Part shown: one piece after another, positions 57,735-64,000 of the stretch
How positions within the stretch are numbered: the first letter of the stretch is position 1
Layout of the letters: each line of letters begins with the position of its first letter
DNA from: a virus
Taxonomy: Duplodnaviria; Caudoviricetes
Direction: 5' to 3' (one strand)
Virus record (IMG/VR): IMGVR_UViG_3300028844_006787
Length of the DNA: 64,000 nucleotides
Notes under the pieces: generated by a model
Databases searched by the model: none
What the model saw: the letters and a program-made list of their open reading frames with translations, nothing else
Told to the model about the DNA's origin: nothing
Position numbers and translations under genes: made by a program

Positions 57735-58523
57735 TTAGTTGTGATTTGATTGGTCACGAGTTTTGGATTTAAAATTAGGTAAAAAATATACTCTTCTACA
57801 TCTCTTTCTGCTTTTAGATTTACAAGATAAATAATCACATTCCAATGGTTTATAGTCATATTTTAATAATAAAAAATTCCAAAGAGGTTGATCACGATAT
57901 GTGATATCTTCTTTCGTATAGATTTCCCAAAATTTTCTAGTAAAATCCCTAATTGTTTTATCATTAAATTTGTATCCAAATGTCGTATTTTCAAAATATT
58001 GTGGATATTGTAAATTCACATCTGAGTCATAGTTTTTAAAAAAGTTTATTGTTTTTTGAATTGATTCAGATGAGTCACGATTCTGATTCACAATATAGTC
58101 ACACTCGGTCAAAATACCACCCTCGCAAACGAATTTCCGTTCGTGATTTTTTTGCACAAGCGGAAATGTTTTCTCGTTCATAATATCTGATATAATTTTA
58201 TTCCAAGATTTGATAGACCTTCGCATATTAGTATTTGGAATTACCCAAGCATCACAATAAAAAACCACATCATAACTCTTTCCCAACGATTCCAATAGTT
58301 CCCATGACATAAACTTTGGGTATCTTGATTTTCTTGTATTTGAAGATAAATTACTAATATTAGGATTATCTTTGATATTAATTACATCCCACGAAGTATC
58401 AAAATGTTCTTCGTCTATGTCGGTGAACAAAAAGTAATCGTAATTTGGATTTCTTTCAAATTTTGGTGGAGTGTCCAAAAATTTTGGATCACCGAATAAT
58501 GCAGTTGTGAAGCAGATTTTCAT
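57735..58523 (-). CDS. DUF616-like glycosyltransferase
   Basis: CFTTALFG, YFLFTD, SRYPKF, YCDA, RDQPLWNF. Confidence 0.7.
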   Translation of the reverse strand: MKICFTTALFGDPKFLDTPPKFERNPNYDYFLFTDIDEEHFDTSWDVINIKDNPNISNLSSNTRKSRYPKFMSWELLESLGKSYDVVFYCDAWVIPNTNMRRSIKSWNKIISDIMNEKTFPLVQKNHERKFVCEGGILTECDYIVNQNRDSSESIQKTINFFKNYDSDVNLQYPQYFENTTFGYKFNDKTIRDFTRKFWEIYTKEDITYRDQPLWNFLLLKYDYKPLECDYLSCKSKSRKRCRRVYFLPNFKSKTRDQSNHN

Positions 58524-58554
58524 TTCTTACTCTCCAATTTTTTTTCAATGTGAA

Positions 58555-59301
58555 TCATAATAATTCATTTACATCGATGTACTTGGAAAGTCTTGAAATT
58601 CTTGAATCTACGATAGATAAATACTTTGATGGTCCGGTGCTTTTCATATGAAATATTTTACAATCATTAAATTTTTCAAGATTTTGTTTTTTACTGAAAC
58701 ATGAAACTAAATCTTCTTGTATATTTGAGATTTTTAAATCGAAGTCATATTTTCTGAGAATTTCACACAAAGCAGGTGTTTCAATTGGTTTTCCTTTAAT
58801 ATGTAACATTTCATTTATCCATGATTCCATAAATTTTTTAGTTTCATTGTTATATTTGCTAACACCAAAAAAAGATCCAATGTGAGTACATTTATACTTA
58901 TATTTATTAAATACTGGTTTTGATCGTTCACATAAAAATATATCAGAGTTAAGATCAATAAGATGTAGAAAGTTTTCTTTAAAATAACAATCAATATCAA
59001 CAAATATCAACGGAGTTATATTCTTTTTAATTAATTCTAAAAATGTTTTTGTTTTGTTTGAAACCAACGCAACCCACTCGTCTGAATGAATTTTTGCATT
59101 TTTAATATTTTTTGTTTCACTCTCAATAAAAATAATTTTGTTTGATAATGTTTCTATTGTTGTTTTATCGGAGTCGGACATTCCTCCATCGATAACATAA
59201 ATTTTGTTTATTTTCTTATAGTCATCAAGTTTTAAAAGTGAATTAAAAAATATCTTTCCAAATGGAAGGTATTCTGAGTTGATAGATGTTAGTAAGTTCA
59301 T
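58555..59301 (-). CDS. GT-A nucleotide-diphospho-sugar transferase (GT8/GT77-like)
   Basis: YVIDGG, FVDIDC, IGSFF, ETPAL, IFHMK. Confidence 0.7.
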   Translation of the reverse strand: MNLLTSINSEYLPFGKIFFNSLLKLDDYKKINKIYVIDGGMSDSDKTTIETLSNKIIFIESETKNIKNAKIHSDEWVALVSNKTKTFLELIKKNITPLIFVDIDCYFKENFLHLIDLNSDIFLCERSKPVFNKYKYKCTHIGSFFGVSKYNNETKKFMESWINEMLHIKGKPIETPALCEILRKYDFDLKISNIQEDLVSCFSKKQNLEKFNDCKIFHMKSTGPSKYLSIVDSRISRLSKYIDVNELL

Positions 59302-59993
59302 TTTAATATTCTTTTTGCTTTGTTTAAGATATATTTTCCGATTAATTCTTTACCGTATTTTGAATAATGATTTATATCATCAAGCATTTTTTTCTCTTCA
59401 TATTTTTCAACTATTTCATTTGGGTTAAATATATCAAATTTTAATTCCTTTGATAATTGATTCATATATTTTGATAATAAGTTTCGTTTTTCAATATACT
59501 CACCGTTTACCTTTACATTAATATGATTTACAAAAAGCACAGGTTTTTCAAGTAAATTTAATATTTCTATAATATCTTTTTTCAATAATTCGTAGGTTTG
59601 ATAACCCAACTCTATATTCCTTGCAAAATCAAAAAACTCTTCAGTTGAATCTATGTCATTTTTTGTTACATTATTACATTTTTCTAAAAAATCATGTAAC
59701 TCATAGTAATTATCAAATTTTGTATTTTTTCTTGTTTCATCTCTCATATTAATACTTTGTAAACTATATTCATTATATTTAATATATTTAAGTGTACAGA
59801 CTTCTATAATAAACAAATCGACTTTATCAAAATCAAAATTATCCGGAAACAAGTTTCCTTTTAAAAAATTAATCCTTTGGATAATTTCTGGTGTACTATG
59901 AACAAACTGACCCTGTAACCCACATTCACTTATATTTCCGTGGTGGGAAAGGGGATTTTGAAGTCTACAAGTACCAATGATACAAATATTCAT
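59298..59993 (-). CDS. Hypothetical glycan-modifying protein (SGNH/WcbI-like), paralog of 60327..61070
   Basis: IIGTCR, FIIEVCTLK, DINHYS; carries a 16-aa deletion relative to its paralog. Confidence 0.6.
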   Translation of the reverse strand: MNICIIGTCRLQNPLSHHGNISECGLQGQFVHSTPEIIQRINFLKGNLFPDNFDFDKVDLFIIEVCTLKYIKYNEYSLQSINMRDETRKNTKFDNYYELHDFLEKCNNVTKNDIDSTEEFFDFARNIELGYQTYELLKKDIIEILNLLEKPVLFVNHINVKVNGEYIEKRNLLSKYMNQLSKELKFDIFNPNEIVEKYEEKKMLDDINHYSKYGKELIGKYILNKAKRILK

Positions 59994-59996
59994 ACC

Positions 59997-60299
59997 TCAC
60001 AGCCCAATACTCTTTTTATACAATGGCATCCAATCCTCAAGTTTCATTGTTGGTTTCCAATTCAGCAATTCACGTGTTTTTGAATGAATTTTTGCATTTT
60101 TAATATTTTTTGTTTCACTCTCAATAAAAATAATTTTGTTTGATAATGTTTGTAATGTAGTTTTATCGGTGTCGGACATTCCTCCATCGATAACATAAAT
60201 TTTGTTTATTTTCTTATAGTCATCAAGTTTTAAAAGTGAATTAAAAAATATCTTTCCAAATGGAAGGTATTCTGAGTTGATAGATGTTAATAAGTTCAT
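59997..60299 (-). pseudogene. Chimeric ORF: 73 aa of a 58555..59301 allele fused to the last 27 aa of a 61074..62018 allele
   Basis: Direct protein and nucleotide comparison; junction in a shared ATTCA at 60081..60085. Confidence 0.92.
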
Positions 60300-60326
60300 A
60301 ATAATGTTATTTTTTTCATTTCAATC

Positions 60327-61070
60327 CTATACTATTTTTTTTGCTTTGTTTAAAAGGTATTCTCCGATTATATCTTCTCCGTATTCTGAATAATGATTTA
60401 CATCATCCAGCATTTTATTCTCTCCATATTTTTCAATTATTTCATTTGGGTTAAATATATCAAATTTTAATTCCGTTGATAATTGATTCATATATTTTGA
60501 TAATAAGTTTCTTCTTTCAATATACTCACCGTTTACTTTTACATTAATATGATTTACAAAAAGCACAGGTTTCCCAAGTAAATTTAATATTTCTATAATA
60601 TCCTTTTTCAATAATTCGTAGGTTTGATAACTCAATTTTATATTCTTAGCAATATCAAAAAACTCTTCAGTTGAATCTATGTCATTTTTTGTTACATTAT
60701 TAGATTTTTCTAAAAAATTAATCAACTCTTTGTTATTTTCAAATTTTGTATTTTTTTCTATTTCCTCTGACAATTTATTATCTTGTAAACTATATTCATT
60801 ATATTTAATATTTTTAAGTGTACTGACTTCTATAATAAACAAATCGATCTTATCAAAATCAACTGGTTTAAATTTTGATTGATCAATTGATACACGAAAT
60901 ATATAATTTATTAAATTATCCGGAAACAAGTTTCCTTTTAAAAAATTAATCCTTTGGATAATTTCGACCGAGTTGTGGACGAATTGCTTGTTTAACCCAC
61001 ATATACTCTTATGTCCGTGTTTCTGAAGGGGTTTTTCAATTCTACAACTACCAATGATGCAAATATTCAT
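60327..61070 (-). CDS. Hypothetical glycan-modifying protein (SGNH/WcbI-like)
   Basis: IIGSCR, FIIEVSTLK, DVNHYS (DxxH). Confidence 0.6.
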   Translation of the reverse strand: MNICIIGSCRIEKPLQKHGHKSICGLNKQFVHNSVEIIQRINFLKGNLFPDNLINYIFRVSIDQSKFKPVDFDKIDLFIIEVSTLKNIKYNEYSLQDNKLSEEIEKNTKFENNKELINFLEKSNNVTKNDIDSTEEFFDIAKNIKLSYQTYELLKKDIIEILNLLGKPVLFVNHINVKVNGEYIERRNLLSKYMNQLSTELKFDIFNPNEIIEKYGENKMLDDVNHYSEYGEDIIGEYLLNKAKKIV

Positions 61071-61073
61071 ACC

Positions 61074-62018
61074 TCACAATCCTATGCTCTTTTTATACGA
61101 TGGCATCCAATCTTCAAGTTTCATTGTAGGTTGCCAATCTAGTAGTTCTCTTGTTTTTGAATTGTCTGCCAATGTTTCTCTTGGTTCAATTACCGGATCA
61201 CGATATTCAATTGGTCCACCTATCATTTTAGCAATATCATTGACTGAACGATTATCTCCGTTACCAACATTAAGAATTTCTCCCTTACCAACTTTGTCTG
61301 ATAAACTTGCTTTAATATTTGCTGATACCACATCCCCAACATATGTAAAATCTCTTCTTTGCTCTCCATCACCATTTATTGTAAGTGGTTGATTATTTAA
61401 TCTTTGATTTGCAAAAATCCCCATTACCAATGAATAATCACCCTTCGTTGGTTGACGTTCTCCATAAACACTAAAGTAACGAAGACACACTGTATCCAAA
61501 TTATGAATTGTTGAATATAATTTACAATAGCACTCTCCAAAAAGTTTTTGCAATCCATATGGACTCAATGGATTCCTTGGTGCAGTTTCCGGTGTTGGTA
61601 AATTTTCTTCTGTTACATTTCCATACACAGATGAAGATGAACTAAATACAAATCTGCGAACATTATGTAACTTAGCAAGATTCAGCAAGTTTAGTGTTCC
61701 TGCAACATTTACTTTATTCCATGTATGCGGATCGGTTATAGAAGGTTGTACACGAGTTTTTGCAGCCAAATGAAAAATTGTATCAACTCCATCAAAAAGT
61801 TTTCCGATTTTTTTTAAATCTACCCATTTTTTCGTTGGATCAAGTGAAGCAATATTAAGTTTATGAAATTGTGCTTTTTTGTTTATATTGTTTTTTATGC
61901 CCAACGACAAATCATCAATTACGATAACCTCATGTCCTTCCTCTATTAACTTGTCCACCAAATTGCTTCCGATGAACCCTGCACCACCAGTTACTATATA
62001 TTTTTTGAAATCTCCCAT
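61074..62018 (-). CDS. NAD-dependent nucleotide-sugar epimerase/dehydratase (WbpP/WcaG-like)
   Basis: TGGAGFIGS, HLAA, SSSSSVYG, SPYGLQK, LRYFSVYG, GDGEQRRDF. Confidence 0.92.
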   Translation of the reverse strand: MGDFKKYIVTGGAGFIGSNLVDKLIEEGHEVIVIDDLSLGIKNNINKKAQFHKLNIASLDPTKKWVDLKKIGKLFDGVDTIFHLAAKTRVQPSITDPHTWNKVNVAGTLNLLNLAKLHNVRRFVFSSSSSVYGNVTEENLPTPETAPRNPLSPYGLQKLFGECYCKLYSTIHNLDTVCLRYFSVYGERQPTKGDYSLVMGIFANQRLNNQPLTINGDGEQRRDFTYVGDVVSANIKASLSDKVGKGEILNVGNGDNRSVNDIAKMIGGPIEYRDPVIEPRETLADNSKTRELLDWQPTMKLEDWMPSYKKSIGL

Positions 62019-62037
62019 GTATAATAAATATTAGTTA

Positions 62038-62892
62038 TTATAAAAACTTTCCTCGTAAAGCATTCTTGTATGAAGATTTTGGTATTCTTCTTAATAAACG
62101 ATCATATTGCTGAACATCGATGAAGTTTTGTTCTAAGCAAATGCTTTCTAAGCAACCTATACACACCCCTTGTCTTCTTTGAATGGTACGAATATACGAA
62201 GATGTATCAAAGAAACTCTCGGCAGTTCCTGCGTCTAACCAAGCACTTCCGTTGGGCATTACTTTTACTTTAAGATCACCTCGTTTTAAATACTCATTGT
62301 TTACATCTGTAATTTCAAGTTCACCACGTTCAGATGGTTTTAAATTCTTGGAAATGTTTACAACATCATTGTCGTAGAAATATAATCCAGTAACTGCATA
62401 ATTGCTTTTGGGTTTCTTTGGTTTTTCTTCAATGCTTAACGCAACATTGTTTTTATCAAATTCAACAACTCCATAACGTTCTGGATCTTCCACCCTATAA
62501 GCAAACACCGTTCCTCCTTTTATTGGAGTTTCAATTTCAAAGAATTTATTTGAAGCATGAAAAAAGTTGTCACCCAAAATCAAACAAACAGAATCATCAC
62601 CAATAAAGTCTTCCGCAAGAATAAATGCTTCCGCGATTCCGTTGCTTTTTTCCTGATGAACATACTCAAATTTACATCCGAACTTTTTTCCATCACCGAA
62701 AAGTTGTCGGAAAAACTTCAACCCAATATCGTTAGAGATTATACATATTTCGTTGATACCAAATCTTAATAAACTCGATAACGAATAGTAAATCATTGGT
62801 TTATCGTAAAGCATAAGCAATTGCTTGCTTGCTACACTCGTTGTTGGATACAAACGAGTTCCACTTCCTCCTGCTAATATTATTCCTTTCAT
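62038..62892 (-). CDS. rmlA: Glucose-1-phosphate thymidylyltransferase
   Basis: GIILAGGSGTRLYP, SKQL..YDKPMIYY, LILGDN, EEKP, PSERGELEITD, AWLDAGT. Confidence 0.96.
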   Translation of the reverse strand: MKGIILAGGSGTRLYPTTSVASKQLLMLYDKPMIYYSLSSLLRFGINEICIISNDIGLKFFRQLFGDGKKFGCKFEYVHQEKSNGIAEAFILAEDFIGDDSVCLILGDNFFHASNKFFEIETPIKGGTVFAYRVEDPERYGVVEFDKNNVALSIEEKPKKPKSNYAVTGLYFYDNDVVNISKNLKPSERGELEITDVNNEYLKRGDLKVKVMPNGSAWLDAGTAESFFDTSSYIRTIQRRQGVCIGCLESICLEQNFIDVQQYDRLLRRIPKSSYKNALRGKFL

Positions 62893-62937
62893 CTCACTTA
62901 TAAATATAATTTTTTTTTAATTTACACTCATATAATA

Positions 62938-63606
62938 TCACTTCAAATGATCATAAATGTTATTTCCAAATAAAAATATTTTCTTGATATTAAATGATTT
63001 TTTTTGATTTTTTCTAAACCACTTTTTTGAAATCTGCCTCAGTACACGGGATCCGTGTTTATTATTTTCAGGTCTATCAGCACGATACCAATGATAAACA
63101 TATATACCGTTCATAATTCCCACCTTTACATTTTTATCGTCTGCTCTGTATCTTATATCATTATCTACACCCAAGAATCCATCGGTTTTAAAACCACCAA
63201 GTTTACTCCAAGTTCTTTTTTGAATCAAAATAACAACCCCACTAAATCCGTCATCCATAGTTTTTTTTGAATCCAATAAAAAAACATCAGAATACCATTT
63301 AGTCTTTATATGTGATCCAATTTTTCTATGATATTCTATATCGTGATTATTTACATCAATATTACCAACAAGTTGGTGTCGTGATGCAATTCTATTAGTT
63401 CTCGCACCAAATACTCCCACATCAGGATTATCTTTTATTATATCCCCAATCTGATTGTACCAGTCTGATGTTGTAAACATTGCATCGTGGTCAAGAAAAC
63501 ATCCCCAATCGTCATCACTTGGAAGCATCTCCATAAATTTATTATATGCGTAACCTAAGTTAGTTCCGTGTTCTTTTGGTGTATATGGTATATGTGTATA
63601 GATCAT
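62938..63606 (-). CDS. GT2-like glycosyltransferase
   Basis: NLGYAYN, FLDHD, GGF..GFLGVDND, YVYH. Confidence 0.75.
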   Translation of the reverse strand: MIYTHIPYTPKEHGTNLGYAYNKFMEMLPSDDDWGCFLDHDAMFTTSDWYNQIGDIIKDNPDVGVFGARTNRIASRHQLVGNIDVNNHDIEYHRKIGSHIKTKWYSDVFLLDSKKTMDDGFSGVVILIQKRTWSKLGGFKTDGFLGVDNDIRYRADDKNVKVGIMNGIYVYHWYRADRPENNKHGSRVLRQISKKWFRKNQKKSFNIKKIFLFGNNIYDHLK

Positions 63607-63615
63607 TTTTAATTA

Positions 63616-63999
63616 TTATTTACTTTTATTTTTAAGTCTTTGAAATGCAGTATTTTCACGATTCCAGTGACCACCCTTTTGAAATCGACTTTCCAATGCA
63701 AAGTCGTGAAGAACTTCAAGATTTTCATTGAACCATAAAGCAAACTCACCTCCAGCGGCCGCACACTTGATGATCGAATTTGTTCTGCTTAAAAGCAATG
63801 TATCAATTAGCACATCTTCTCCTTTTTTATATGGACTTCCGTTTTCAAGTTCAAATGCAGCCACATCATTATCACTTCGCAGACTGTCATATGTAAGAAT
63901 CCGTTCGTTACCATATTTGTTTTTAAATAATTCAACATACTGGGTTTGATCTGTTGCAAGAAAAATGTGTACATCTTTTTGTGTATCAAGAATCTCAAA
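63616..63999 (-). CDS. 3' part of a NodZ/O-fucosyltransferase-like gene (starts outside the window)
   Basis: Frame open to the window edge: FEILDTQKDVHIFLATDQ...KGEDVLIDTLLLSR. Confidence 0.75.
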   Translation of the reverse strand, partial: FEILDTQKDVHIFLATDQTQYVELFKNKYGNERILTYDSLRSDNDVAAFELENGSPYKKGEDVLIDTLLLSRTNSIIKCAAAGGEFALWFNENLEVLHDFALESRFQKGGHWNRENTAFQRLKNKSK

Positions 64000-64000
64000 A

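Larger units (their letters stand above)
57691..62046. repeat. 25-bp perfect direct repeats (57691..57715 and 62022..62046) flanking a 4.3-kb gene block
   Basis: taataaatattagttattataaaaa in both; the right copy includes the last codons and stop of rmlA. Confidence 0.9.

Noticed and set aside
7597-62906. T4-type late promoters TATAAATA driving plus-strand transcription
   Set aside because: No plus-strand genes follow them, and their spacing is fixed relative to minus-strand starts, so they are treated as a minus-strand TATTTAT element.
4897-63949. All plus-strand ORFs in the track, and short minus-strand ORFs nested in longer genes
   Set aside because: They lie opposite or inside well-supported minus-strand genes, lack motifs and RBSs, and have shadow-frame composition.
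1-64000. Eukaryotic giant virus (NCLDV) or cellular LPS/capsule locus
   Set aside because: SD sites, sigma70 promoters, intrinsic terminators, a CCA-encoding tRNA, an S74 tail fibre, dNMP kinase and resolvase point to a bacteriophage; no export or housekeeping context. Capsid and terminase are not in the window, so this is not absolute.
1-64000. Stop-codon reassignment as in some jumbo phages
   Set aside because: Conserved enzymes are full length under the standard code, and TAA, TAG and TGA all end genes at expected positions.

Overview
AT-rich (roughly 30% GC by eye) segment of a large tailed bacteriophage genome, probably a jumbo phage. Evidence: sigma70-type promoters, GGAGA Shine-Dalgarno sites, intrinsic terminators, a bacterial CCA-encoding tRNA, a collagen/LamG/S74 tail fibre, a T4-gp1-like dNMP kinase and a PD-(D/E)xK resolvase. 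All credible genes are on the minus strand and use the standard code. Left part: a >=2079-codon ORF missed by the ORF track (1..6237, runs off the window), its stand-alone paralog, small early genes, a rhomboid protease, a MYG1 nuclease and tRNA-Ile2(CAU). Main observation: an apparently self-contained glycan-sulfation system. It has a complete PAPS-synthesis cluster (cysC-cysD-cysN, followed by galE; no reductive cys genes in the window) next to the tail fibre. It also has metK and a ~37 kb island with 6 clear and 2 candidate sulfotransferases, ~19 glycosyltransferase-like genes, a methyltransferase, neuA/neuB, rmlA/rmlB and an NRS/ER-type enzyme. The island also shows scars of gene-cassette exchange: 25-85 bp direct repeats centred on a recurrent TATTTAT element flank variable gene blocks, and there are orphan gene stubs and a chimeric ORF. 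All family calls come from motif recognition by eye; no searches were run.
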